A stretch of 63,409 nt of DNA, the filler included, from Reticulomyxa filosa (lineage: Eukaryota > Protista > Foraminifera): NCBI GenBank assembly GCA_000512085.1. It is 14 parts of 14 records of this genome, joined end to end, with 100 filler letters (N's around TTAATTAATTAA, not from the genome) between each part and the next. Parts side by side here need not be neighbours in the genome. Positions count along the whole stretch, not along the records: positions 50,067 to 52,766 come from ASPP01024974.1; positions 52,867 to 59,950 come from ASPP01027043.1; positions 60,051 to 61,756 come from ASPP01049924.1; positions 61,857 to 63,409 come from ASPP01012826.1; 10 more parts are not named here. One strand, 5' to 3'. Positions 51,055 through 63,409 of the stretch are shown piece after piece; within the stretch, counting starts at the first letter, position 1; each line of letters starts with the position of its first letter. The notes under the pieces are model-generated. The model was not told where the DNA came from and did no database searches. It saw only the letters and a list, made by a program, of their open reading frames with translations. The translations under genes were made by a program, and so were the position numbers.

Positions 51055-52422
51055 TTATTCCTCAGCTGGCTGCTCTTCATTTTCCTGAGTTTTTTCTTGT
51101 TGGGATTCTTCTTTCGTATTTTCGGTTTGATTGTCAGCCTCTTCAGTTTCAATATCGGGCTGTAATGACTCAGTTTCATCTTTGTCGGTCTTTTTTTTCT
51201 TCCTAAGGGAACAAGTATAAGTTAAGCAATAAAAAATGTGATAAAAGGCAAAATAAAAAATGGGGTAGGAAATTTGGTTGAGTGGATAACTTATGTCGAT
51301 GTAATTGTGTCTTCTTCGTTTGTTCTTGTTTGTAACTCGTCAGTGCTTCGTGCATCATATCTGGAGGTAATACAGCATTTTTTTTTTTTTTTGAGAGAGT
51401 AAAAAGTTGGGAGCGTATATTAACAAAAAAAAAAAAAAAAAAAATCGAAAGAAAGACATTTCTGTAAGTATTCGTTTGTAAAGTAGTTAAACATACGTCG
51501 AACTCCAAATTTGGTCTTGATGGACTTTTCAAATTCGAAGGAGAGATCAAACTTGGGACAGGTGATTTCATCTTCTTCTCTGTGCAGTTCACTTAGCCAA
51601 GGATGTTCAAGTCCTTGAATCGCTGTAATGCGTTGTCGAGGGTTTAACACTAACATCTTCACCAATAAATCACGAGCTAGTTGTTTTGTGTTTTTTTTTT
51701 TTTTTTTTTATGCAAACAAAAAACACATGGTTCATCAATTTCTTCATATGGTATGTAAATGTATATATATAATATGCGTATATATACATATATATATAGT
51801 ATAAAGTAGGATCGATCCCTTTTTTTTTTTTTTTTTGATAAATGTTGGACTCACCTTGCTCACTGCCCTTTTCGAATATTTTGTGTAAATCTTTTCCGTC
51901 GTGTGGCTTCAACTTTTGCACCCATCGTTTGGCTTCTGGTGTTTTGATCCAATCCATGTCTTTGGGGGTTCCCATTGTTTCGAAAATGATTTTTAATTGA
52001 TCCAAGTCTGTTTTGTATCGTCTCCACCATTAGTGTGTGCAAAGCCAATTAAAATATAAGTAGCAATTAATATGTTTGTTTCCCTCTTTGCACTCTTATG
52101 CTTAATACCACAAAAAAAAAACTAAACAGTTCTGTCCTGGAAACAAAGGTCTGCGTAGAATCAATTCCCCCAGCATGCACCCTACCGACCAGATATCCAC
52201 GGCTTCGTCATACAGTCCAGCAGAGCACATGACTTCAGGTGAGCGATACCAACGAGTCACCACGTATTCTGTCGGCTTTCCAACCCCTTCGTCTTTGCAC
52301 ACGCCTCGAGCCAGTCCAAAGTCGGTTATTTTTACATCGCAGTCCGCGCCATTCACAAGTATATTTTCTGGTTTCTTTTTTTTTTTAAGTAAATTTATAT
52401 TAAATAATAAATAGAAATGTAA

Positions 52423-52454
<32 letters not shown>

Positions 52455-52690
52455 TAATAATAGAAAAACAAACATACCAAGTCTCTGTGTATGACGCCAG
52501 CCGAGTGCATATACTTCAATCCGCGCAAGATCTGATACATGAAAAATTGGAAATGCCGATCGGTCAGTTTTTGTTTCGATCGGATCACTTTGGCCAACGT
52601 GGTCTCCATTTTCGGCATAACCAAATATACGTCATTGAATGTTTCGACTTCCCCCGCTTCCGGTGGTACAACATCGATCAAATCTATTAT
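51055..52690 (-). CDS. Mitogen-activated protein kinase (TEY type), 5'-partial, multi-exon
   Basis: [20 protein letters not shown]|[43 protein letters not shown]; acidic tail ends at TAA 51055. Confidence 0.93.
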
Positions 52691-52727
52691 CTATTCAAAA
52701 AAAAGAAGGAATAGGTGAGTGTCCATT

Positions 52728-52766
<39 letters not shown>

Positions 52767-52866
52767 NNNNNNNNNNNNNNNNNNNNNNNNNNNNNNNNNN
52801 NNNNNNNNNNTTAATTAATTAANNNNNNNNNNNNNNNNNNNNNNNNNNNNNNNNNNNNNNNNNNNN

Positions 52867-52907
52867 CGAAAGAAATACTAGACAAAATAAAGGAAAAAAA
52901 AAGGGGG

Positions 52908-52940
<33 letters not shown>

Positions 52941-55900
52941 AATCTATACCCAAATAAAAGTCATAGTAAGGATTGGTTTCAGCAGTAAACGGTGAATCTG
53001 CTCCGTCAAACATATCATCATCTCCATATCCAGGAAAAGATTGAAAACTTTCTTCTTCCATCGTTTCGTCGATATGGTTCATGTTGCTCCCGGCGTGGTT
53101 GTGGAATCTCAATGTATTGCTTTCACGCCACACCCCATCACGGTGTTCCATACTCCCATTGCTTCCACCACCTCCTCGCGAAATATCGACCTCCTCGTCA
53201 TATGCCGGCTGCCGTCCATACGCACGCGTATGACGTGGCATTGGGGCCGTCGTGGATGTGTCTCCTACAACCTTCTCATGAGGAGCGGTGCCCCAAGGTC
53301 CACGGGCCACCAGTTGTGGAGTGGCCGATATTTGTTGAGTTCGTGTGGTGTTCATTGTGTTATGCTTTCGTTTCCAGGGCAGGTCTGACATCACTGCTGA
53401 GCTTTGATGTCGTCTGTGTCTTGCAAAACACATCCCAAAAAAAAAAGCAAAAATGGCCCAAATAAAATACAAATAAATAAATACAATATATATATATATG
53501 TATATATGCATATATGTACATATATATGTAAATGAACTGCTCAGTCAAAGGTGACATGGTTAAGCTTCGACCTGCGAAATGAGTTTTCGCATCGTATTTA
53601 TGTACAAATACTTCCGGACGACTGTTTGTTTCCAAAGACCTCGTGGCAATTGTCCCGACGACGGGTTTGTCTTTGTCGTCGAGTACATTGACCACGACTC
53701 TGGGGACAAGTGGCGCTTCGCCACTGCCAATCCTTCGGCCGTTGACGGCGGGATAGACCGTGGATGCATGACCACCTCTTCCATTGTGGACGACATTGTT
53801 CCGACCCGGCATCGATATTGACAAAGAATGTCCTTGTCCTTGTCCTTGTCCTTGCCCTTGTTCCTGTTCTTGTCCTGTTTGACTAGAGTGATGATGATGG
53901 GAATGAGGATGAGGATGAGGATGAGGATGTTGAGAATGATGATGATGATGGTGATGATGTTGATGGACAGGGGTTGAACAGGGATCGCCGTGAGCTTGGA
54001 TTTGAGTGTGCCCTTGCGGAGCAAAAGTGTACATATTGTAAGCTCGCATTGGCGGAGATATGGGCATGGCTTCTCCTTTCAATTCAGCCGTTTTATATTT
54101 CTTCACCATTTTGTTGTAGTCGTACCTGTGCATTGCTCGAATGCCGTCGTCGCTGCGACTGCGATCCTTGACACATTTTGTGGCCTGCGATTGCGAGGCA
54201 AACACCACAAAGCAAGACGATAAATGAGACAAATCCAAAGGCTGGTGCGGATTGATATGTGGATGGACACTCTGCAAAGACTGGAACAGTTCCTCGCGAC
54301 TAGTCAGATTATTCCCACTGCTCTCCATATTCGTCTTCGCATCACTGCTATTGTCTGACGTCGCTATGTCATCCCGCTTTTCTCTTCCTTTTTCGTCTTC
54401 TTTTTCTCCACTATTCGTGGCCATCTTTTTTCCTATTTCGTCCTTGTGCGTTTTTTGATCATCATTTTTCGTCGACTCTTCGTGCGGTCCTCCTTGTTCG
54501 TTTGCTGCTTTTCCACGTATCGAACAACAACAACAAAAAAAGACCCCTTTTATATATATACAAATATAAACTAGTTATATAGCTTTCAAAGCTTTTTCTT
54601 TTTTTTTTAAAAAAAAAATTATGAATTTACCGTTTTGCCTGTATCGCGCTTGTGCTCTCGTCCATATTAAGGAGACATTATGCATCAAAGCTTCAAATTG
54701 TTGCATGTCCAGGTTTTCTTCGCATTCGCGCTGCTTGTGTTCGGACATGTCCTCCTTTGTGGCGCAATTACTACTATTGCCCACAGTTGTGTCCACATCG
54801 ATGGTGCTTGCATTAGTATTCGTATTTGTATTCAAATTTGTGTTAGTATTGCTATTACTATTGTCATTATTACTATTGCTATTGCTATTGCTATTCGCAT
54901 TGATGCCACTCGTGGTCATTATTGCATCCATGGCGTCTCGTAACCATTGCGAATGATGTCTCCGAAGAAATGGCAATAAGATTTTTTTCTTGGTGATGAT
55001 CAAAGCGACCTTTTTATCCGGTGAGTCGTCTTTTTCACTCCATGTGTCCTCCATATGCACACGCTTGATCTCACCGTACTCTTCCATGAGCTTGCGAATC
55101 GCCCCTTCATTCGATTGCGTTGGGGAACTCCATACAGAAACACCGTTCGACGTAAATCACGAGACTTACGAGGACTTGGCAATACATATCCAGGTCGTCG
55201 TACTCTATTGTGTTGCAAAAAAAAAAAAAAAAAATAGAATAATTATAACTTTTGTCAAAGGTTTAAAAAAAAAAAAAATAGCGCTAAAACAAACACGGAC
55301 AGAACATTTCAACTTGGATTTGTCAGACGAAAGTTCTAAAAACACCGATTTGGACAATGCCGAAATTACGCGGCCTCGCAAATTCGTCAATGCGCGTATA
55401 CGTGGAGAACGACAAATCAGGTCTAATGACACCCAATGGCCTTCGCTCTCACTCATGCGTGCAAGCAGATACGTGTCATTCGTCAAATTGTAGTCTTTGC
55501 AATTTTTTTCGGTGTTCCAAAAGAACATAACAAATACAATACATTTCACATAAACTTTTTGTTTATTTTTTTTTTTGTTCATTTGTTTATTGTTACTGTA
55601 ATTATTGTTTTTTTTTTTTTTTTGTTAGGTCTTCTATTACATGTATATACATAAACATATATGTTTATGTATATGTGTTGTGCATTTTTTTAATTATTTC
55701 AAACCGGAAAAAAAGTATTCAATCTGCGAACGAATCTGTTCATTTTTTATTATTATTGTTGTTTATTTTCGTTCCTTCTCACTTTTTTCCCTTTTGCACC
55801 AAACTAGGTTTTGCAGGACTGCTTCGTTGTCAAATGGCTCCTTTCGGCAGTCACTTTCTCCATTTTTTGAAATTGTTGATCTCAACTGAGAGTTTGTATG

Positions 55901-56021
55901 TCGTTTAATTTGTTTGTAACTGCTTCATATTTTTTGTTGGAGGAAAAAAAGTTGAACAAACACTTGTTCTGGAATTATTTACTTGTCCTGTTCCGTCTAG
56001 AGTCGATTTTAACTCTGTCAT
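52867..56021 (-). CDS. La-motif (LARP-like) RNA-binding protein with RRM and His/Gln/Asn-rich regions, 3'-partial
   Basis: IRSQIEYFF, NLTNDTYLLARM..GHWVSLDLICRSPRIRAL, RRTVFLYGVP..EEYGEIKRVHM, CFVVFASQSQA; first exon/start inferred. Confidence 0.75.
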
Positions 56022-56745
56022 GATGTTACGAAAAGGATCTAATGTGAAAAAATCTTGGCACACGAAATGAGATGGAGAGAAATTTTTTGGGAGGGACTAA
56101 GCTGAACTTTTTTTTAGGCACGCAAGTGGAAAATATAACAACAAGCTTATCTAATTTAAATGGAGTAAAACTTTAAAAATCTGTAAAAAAAAATTGTAAC
56201 AAATTACAATTACAGTAAATATATCTTAAACTTATAAAAAGCCTTCTAATATTAAAAATTTTTCAAAAAACATAATCAAAAATGAAAAATTGTCAAAATG
56301 ATTTAAGACCGAAACTTGCTTTTTTTATTATATTTATAACATGTACGATTGCAACAATATACAAGAAATTTAACATCAACAATGATTGTCTAATGATACA
56401 ATTTTTTGATTGTTGTGTTCTGTGTTCATATTTTGGGATTTGTCATACTGTAAAAATGATTCATGAAATTATATGAAATTTGCAAATTTCAATGTAATTG
56501 AAGAATTTTAGTAATAAGTATGTTTGTGTTTTCATTGGAAAGTACTTAGTTGTATGACCTTGCAATAAAAATGCTACTGTCAAATGTTATACAATTCTTT
56601 TTTCATTTTACAGCAACTTTGACGATGTATATATGGTAACAAAATGCGCCTCAAAACAGTAGAAACGGAATGTCAACCCGACCGGTTGTAAGTGCTCCTG
56701 TTGTTCAGTTATTTTTCCGAAAAACAAAAAAACTTTATTTTGCTG

Positions 56746-59141
56746 ATGGAAAAATCAACTCAAATCCAGCCCTGTGTTAAACCAAAGTTCCAGATTGGTG
56801 TCAACACTACGCTTGGTGATCTCAAAGAGAATTATTTAATGAATAACAAACAAAAAGTTGGACGGTGGCAGATCTGTGAGAATTTGGGTGTTGGAGGGTA
56901 CTCCTGGTATGGTACAAAAAAGAGGAAAAAAAAAAAAGATCATTATTTCGAGCACAATTTTTTTTTTAGGGTAAAGAAAGGCCGTGACATCGAATCAAAA
57001 TGGATTGTCGCGTTGAAATTCACAAAACGTGAGATCCAAAAAAATGGAGAATGGAGCGATCGAGTTTTGTTTTATATTTTTTTTGTTCGTTTGTTGTTAA
57101 AGAGATTGTGTTAACGAAATAAAACTAACCTTTTTGCTATAGCAATTACGCCGTGTCAAAGCAGAAATAGCAGCATTGACGCAAGTGAAACACCCTCACG
57201 TAATCCGATTGCTTGCTTACAACCTGAAAACCAATTGTTTGGGACTAGTTTTGTGTTTATGCCATAATACGTATACATGTACATACGCAAGATGTACATA
57301 CAATGTTACACTTTGTACACGTATCAGCTAATACGTTGTTGGAAGCAATGTATAAAAAAAGAGCGAGAAAATAAAAAAAACAAAAAAAACAGAAAAACGA
57401 AAAAGAAGACGTAGTATTGCTAGTTTTGGAATATATGCCTAATGGAGACTTGTTTGATCTTTTGTACAAAACTGCGTGTCTTGATGAAACTATCACGCGG
57501 ACGTACTTCCGACAACTGATCGAAGGATTGGAAGCCTGTCATCAAGCCATGATTGTGCATCGAGATATTAAGCCACAAAACTTGTTGCTGGATAAAAACT
57601 ATTGCTTAAAGGTCGCTTTTTTTTTCTTTTTTTTTTTTTTTTCGTTTCCTTTTTTTTTTTTATCAGTTTTTTTTTTTTGCATTCCATTAATTAATAATTG
57701 AAAGATCAGTGACTTCGGATTAGCAAAGATAGTGACGTCAGACAACGATGCAATAATGGGCACCTTCCACGTTGGAACCAAAGGGTATCAGAGTCCAGAA
57801 GTGTTGATGAAACAGCCATATACTGCCAATTGTGATATCTTTTCAGCAGGAGTAGTTTTATTCATTTTACTGACTGGACGTTACTGTGACTTCTGCATTT
57901 GTTGTTTTTTTTTTTTTAAAAAAAAAAAAAGAGTGAGAGAAATGAACAACAGCAATAATCAAAAAAACAAACAAACAAATGCCCACAACTCAAAGGTCGT
58001 CCGTTCGAGAATGCCACGGTCACAGACAAGTTCTACGGATACATTGTCAAAAGGCAGTACAAGCAGTTTTGGATGGCCCATCGGTTATCAAAGCTTAGCA
58101 TTAGTGCCATGGACTTAATCACTCGTATGATCCACTTTGATCCGGATAAGCGCATTCGCATTTCACAGCTTAAGCAGCATTCGTGGTATCAAAAAGAGGT
58201 TCTTGAGTTGAGTTGAATTATGTATATATGTGCGTAATCTTTAAAAAACATTTGGGAAACGCGATATCAAAAACGAAAACGGAAAAGGGGGTGCAAAAGA
58301 GGGGGAGGAAGGGAAAACAAACAACACCAAAAAAAAAAGCTCATTCTGAAAACGATGTTAACATAAGGTAAATTGTGCAACAATACAAAACTAAAGTCAG
58401 TCGTGTTTATACAATGTATTGAGACTACGACACACACAATTGGAATGCAGCCGTGTGCATAATGCATCGAAGAATAAGACAATAGAAAAAGAGAAGGTGC
58501 CTGTGTCTCCACTTCTCTGCGAAACCGAAACAATCCACCCACTATTGCGTGAGTATCTGTGCCATAACCACGACAAAGAAATAACCACAAACGCACCAGT
58601 GTTGGAAGATGATGAGTCCATTCGAATGTTGGACAACTTTACAGAGGCTTCTGGCTACGTTGTATTAAATCATTTTTTGTTATTGTTGTCGGCAAACGGA
58701 GCGACAATGGCTACAAATTTTGATCACTTTACTGTTTGTGATAACTTGTATATATGCACACGTATATATGTATACATTGCTATAGTATATATGTATGTAT
58801 ATGTATATGTATATAATGTATAACATTTATCTTCTGATAAAAGTATGATTTTGTTGATGTTGCGTTGTTGATTCTTCAAGGTGATGGTGGAACTAACATC
58901 ATCGAATACAGATCACAAGAATGTACTGAAATTTGTAGTTCGCGTTTGTCAATATAAGGAATATTCTTGTAATGTGGTGAAATATCATCGATTGACAGGC
59001 TCGTTAACGCATTTTCAAAGCATTTTACAATTCCTTCAAGACAATTCTGCGGACGTCTTAACCGGTGTGCCCCAAAAATGTGTGCAGCGTTTTTTGGATA
59101 ACCACGACGGTTTAAGTTTGCTGCAGAAACACTTTTCTTAA
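56746..59141 (+). CDS. Ser/Thr protein kinase, CAMK/AMPK-like, with possible KA1-like C-terminal domain; multi-exon
   Basis: LGVGGYS, VALKF, HRDIKPQNLLLD, DFGLA, GTKGYQSPE, DIFSAGV. Confidence 0.88.
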
Positions 59142-59630
59142 CTTCTTTCATTGCCTTCACCAATCGAGGTGAACTTTCTTTCGATTCCCTTTCGTTACAT
59201 TCTCTTTTTCAAATTGTTGTACAATCGATTGCATTTCTAAAAAAAAACTTTTCATTCTTATAACTTATTTTTTAATTTTTAATTTTTATTTTTTATTTTT
59301 TATTTTATATGTTTTATTTTACTTTTGTGATTTTTTTGGTGAGAAGTGCACGTGGTATAAGAAGTAAACCACGTTCGGATACATTAGTTTTCATGACAAA
59401 GTAGTGGTTTGTAGTTGTATGTTTGCAAAGTTGGTTGGTTATATTGAAAAAGAGGATATTTGCCGTGTTTCTATTGAAAATTGAAAGAAGTCGTTGTAAT
59501 CAATCCTCATCATTCTCTTCCTCTCCCCTTTTAATTTGCCTTGAGCGAATTACAAAGATAAACTACACAATTAGCAAATTTCATGTAATAGTTTATAATC
59601 TGTGTTAATTTTCATATGACTTTTTTTTTT

Positions 59631-59915
59631 TTAAACCTTTGACCTGACCACTGTGTCGGTCGTGTTTATAATGTACAATTGCATGGTTTTCCCGTCCAAG
59701 AGCTTATTTTCCAGCACTTGGTATTTTGGCTGAATTCTGCACAATTCTTTAATATGAGACTTGAGGCCCCCCAACTCGACAAAATGTTGAAAGCCAGCAA
59801 AGTGCTTTGGCCCCATCATAAACTCGATGGCTCGGTTGCGGACACTCGGCCACGTGTTCCAAGGGTACGTCGGCCCGACCCAATCCAATATTACCACATA
59901 TTTGCACACACGTGA
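59631..59915 (-). CDS. Terminal exon of a hypothetical protein
   Basis: 92-aa open frame with coding-like composition after an A-rich acceptor region; contig ends upstream. Confidence 0.45.
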   Translation of the reverse strand, partial: SRVCKYVVILDWVGPTYPWNTWPSVRNRAIEFMMGPKHFAGFQHFVELGGLKSHIKELCRIQPKYQVLENKLLDGKTMQLYIINTTDTVVRSKV

Positions 59916-61276
59916 CAGCTTTTGTTTGTTTGTTTGTTTGTTTCGTTTTGNNNNNNNNNNNNNNNNNNNNNNNNNNNNNNNNNNNNNNNNNNNNTTAATT
60001 AATTAANNNNNNNNNNNNNNNNNNNNNNNNNNNNNNNNNNNNNNNNNNNNAAAATTGCGCTGTTGTATTTTGAGAAACCTCAAAAAAAAAGATCAACACT
60101 AAAATGCACTCCTATCGACATTTGCAATTTTTCATGAAAAAATTAACATTTTTTTTAAATAATATCAGAAAAGCACAAAATAAAACGTATGTTTTTTACT
60201 TTAATACTAACGAATCTTACTTTTTAAAAAATATTCAAAAAAAATGAAAAATATCAACGACTTTTATGATTCCTCACTTAATGATTTCTACAGTTTTTTA
60301 TTTCGTTTAATAATTGTGTTTTGAAATGTATTTTTGATATGCACATATTTTTTTGCTTTTATTTTTTACTCATTTTTTTGCATTAGTTTTTAATTAGATT
60401 GATCTTCAGAATACGACAAAATTGTCAATTTTTTTAAATTAAAGGCTTATTTGAATTTTTATGCGTCATCTTATATTTGTAGGGCAAGGCCCTACTATAG
60501 TGGGCGGAACTCTAAAGAGTCTGAGGAGTCCCCAGTGGGATAAACTTCTTCACAACTCTCCTTACTCTTTCTTTGCTATCAGTCTTCTTCTTTTATCTAA
60601 TTTACTTTTGTTTTATTGAAAACTGCTCTCAACAAGAGCATCTGTCGTATTACACTTACTAATTTTGCACTCAAGCTTCCCACACGTTACATTCCAAAAT
60701 TTTAAAAAATAGAGAAATCACTGAGGTGAAATTTTAGAATGAAAAACTGTAATAACAAACTAATACAATAGATTACAAGACTAACAACAAAAATTCCACT
60801 TTATGAAGATTGTCCATTTTCCAAAATCTGGATTTAATTTTAAATGCTTATTTTTTACTTTTTTTTATGCAAAAACTTTTTTGCGTTTTTTTTTAGTTTT
60901 TTTTGCATGCTTTTGTTCTTTTTGGCAGATGTTAATATTCAGTCAATCATTCCCAATAAAAACAAAGTGTACTATGTAGACCTCTGTGTACTTTTTCTTT
61001 CCCTTTTTCAAAATTTTTTAAACTTTTTCGTTTTGCTTAACTTTTCTTAACTTTCTTGTTAAAACAACGTATTTGGTCAGCATATCTTGCGCAAATAACA
61101 AACGTAATTTCTCCCTTGCTTTTTTTAAGTGACACTCCATATTCGAGCGTGAACAGGAAGTTTTGCGCTTTGCCTTGCCTAAAAAAAAAATACGTATAGA
61201 AACACTTAGAATTTTCCTAAAGTGATTGAATTTTACTTGAATTGGCTTTTTTATATAAAAAGTAGAGGAATTATCG

Positions 61277-61756
61277 ATGAGTCAAGAAACAACAAAAATA
61301 CCAGGCCCAGATAAAACAACGAAGAAAATCCATACAACAACGAGCAAAAAGAATGTATCGGTTCAGGATACCATTACAGTCGGAGTAGAGGTTGAGAAAT
61401 GGTGCGCCTGTCCACCACAACTATCTCAGGAGATGCTAGCATTTAATGTTTTTAGAGGTCAAGTTATATCGGGAAATGTACAAAGGGGAATTTATGACAA
61501 TATATTAGAAGCCGAAATTACTGGAATGATACTTAAAGATTTAGGACTTTCAGATATTTATCAAAATGAGGTAAAAGCTAAATCATACTTATGTCAAATC
61601 AAAAGAAATGAATTCAAGTTCATGGAAGTGACTTTTGATTCTCCTTGGCTAAAGTCAGACGGTTCTGGTAGAGGAACGCTAGAATTTGAGTCATGCGTTG
61701 ACAAATCGTCATCAGATGAAGGAGACGTACATAAAGGAGGCGTATTACCTTATAAG
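61277..61756 (+). CDS. Hypothetical protein, 3'-partial
   Basis: ATG-started 160-codon frame open to the contig end. Confidence 0.5.
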
Positions 61757-62169
61757 NNNNNNNNNNNNNNNNNNNNNNNNNNNNNNNNNNNNNNNNNNNN
61801 TTAATTAATTAANNNNNNNNNNNNNNNNNNNNNNNNNNNNNNNNNNNNNNNNNNNNTGGTACAATTGCGACACAGAATTTATGCCAAACAATGATATCAT
61901 GCTTTAATTCATATGGTTGTTTTTGTTTGATCGAAGAGATACACGTTTCAGCAAAGGACAATTCGGTCTGGTAAACAATCCTAGTCAGACCACAAATTCG
62001 ATTAACCAATTTTTTAACATTAGAAAATTGCATTGAGTGAAGATGGCATCTCTAAATAATGATGATCTTCCTCCCATCGTGGATCGAATGTTCGACTTGC
62101 ATTTGCTTGTGTTTCCACTTTGCACATACTTATATATATTTGTCTATATTTTTGATGAAATGCGACAGC

Positions 62170-63409
62170 CGAAATTGACCTCTCCATTGTGTTGCTCGTG
62201 TTCTCTGCATGTGATTTACCAAAGGAAATCTCTGCCATTTGCAACAGCAGTGGAAAATTACAAGGTTTGCGTCGATGAAGCCCGAGCAAAGTGGCCCAAG
62301 CGTGCGCAAAGATATCACCACGACGCCGAAGTCTACGAGGAAGGGATATTTTGCAAGCCAATGCCAAAAAAAAAAGAGCGTAACACTTTGTTGTCACCTC
62401 ACCTATTCAATGTACTTTTCATTCAATCAACTTTCTTCCGGGAACATTTTTTTTTTTTTTTTTTGCAATGTCATCAAAAAAAAGAAAAAAGATTTTCCTC
62501 CCCCCTTTTTTTTTTTTTTTTATAAAAAAAAAAGATAAAAGTTTCTAAAGATTTTTTTGTAATGTATACATAATAAAAAAAAAAAAAATATGTCCTCAGT
62601 CGAAGGAAGTTCGTCGCATATATTTTGTGGACATGAAGATCAAACGTGTGAGCAACATCAACACGACAAAAGAGAAATTTCGTGCGAAATTTCACTACTA
62701 CTTGACGTGGCTGGCAACGAAAGAAGAGTTTGATAGTTTCCGCAACTTCCAAGCGCCTAAGCAGCGGGGCTCGAATACCCAAGGAATTACGAAAAGGATA
62801 ACACTCATTGGAAGCCTTCTTCCGTCCCTTACATCGAATACATCAATGCCATTGAAATCAAAAAACACAAGCAAATAAGTTATCCAAAAAAAAAAAAAAG
62901 TGTGTGTGTGGCGTTGATCACATCACATAAAACGTACATAGAGTAGACTTGATGAGAGGGGGGGGAAAAAAAAAAAGGGGGAAAAAAAAAATTTTATCAA
63001 GTTAAAATTAAAAATGTTAAATTTTAAAAAAATAAATAAATAATAAATGTAAATGAAATGTGTTGGCTAATAGCACCTTTTAAAATGAAACATGGCAGCA
63101 GTGAAAGCTTTAGAGCACCACGCTACAAAGACTATATGGCCAAAGGACACGTACCGACCAGCCCGCAGACGGTAGACAAAGAGCCCCTTAATGACAAAAA
63201 CCTTAATGACAAAAATCTTAATGACAAAGATCTTAATGACAAAGATCTTAATGACAAAGATCTTAATGACAAAGATCTTAATGACAAAGAGGCTCAGTCC
63301 CCACTGCTGTCATGGGACCTGCCCCACTCATACTTTGGCTTCAATCCGGCGGAGGGCTGGTGGATCCGTGTCCAATACGATGCTGATGTTGTTTTTTCCG
63401 AACAATTGA
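62170..63409 (+). CDS. Pentameric ligand-gated ion channel-like extracellular domain fragment (two apparent frameshifts)
   Basis: IFVDMKIKRVSNINT..FRAKFHYYLTW, WKP..PYIEYINAIE, WIRVQYDADVVFSEQL in pLGIC order; frame changes near 62780 and at the C5 run ~63321. Confidence 0.55.
63187..63291 (+). repeat. 7 x 15-bp tandem repeat CTTAATGACAAAGAT (LNDKD)
   Basis: Directly visible; units 3-6 identical. Confidence 0.97.

Noticed and set aside
15529-61856. Regularly recurring TTAATTAATTAA as a biological repeat or CRISPR-like array
   Set aside because: Always centred in fixed-length N padding; it is an artificial six-frame-stop contig linker.
63187-63291. CRISPR array
   Set aside because: Head-to-tail 15-bp units with no spacers and no cas genes.
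1-63409. tRNA, rRNA or telomeric arrays
   Set aside because: None recognised by eye; a covariance-model scan was not possible.

Overview
This is AT-rich, intron-containing eukaryotic DNA made of 14 unrelated contigs joined by 13 artificial 100-bp spacers (N44-TTAATTAATTAA-N44), so adjacency across a spacer means nothing. The gene families and intron style suggest a rhizarian or foraminiferan such as Reticulomyxa (inference). Housekeeping genes: GnT-I/MGAT1, oligoribonuclease, prolidase, a TEY MAP kinase, a La-motif protein and a CAMK-group kinase. Receptors: a 7TM protein, a ~9.4-kb Cys-rich/mucin-REJ-GPS-7TM adhesion-GPCR-like gene and a pLGIC-like fragment. Immune-like repeat proteins: a disrupted NACHT-HEAT-ankyrin gene with a possible C-terminal Cys-protease domain, a NACHT-pentapeptide-WD40 gene with near-identical 126-bp repeats and hypervariable codons, a caspase-like/TPR gene, and an LRR gene built from whole-repeat phase-2 exons. 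There are also WD40 relics, a foldback/MITE-like element and one GC-rich bacterial contig with two overlapping glycosyltransferases. The two strongest leads are (1) an NLR-like diversifying receptor repertoire and (2) unusual splice signals (GTT donors, poly-A/AAG acceptors, fold-back introns, including a perfect 88-bp palindrome over a donor site). All calls were made by eye from motifs; no searches were run.
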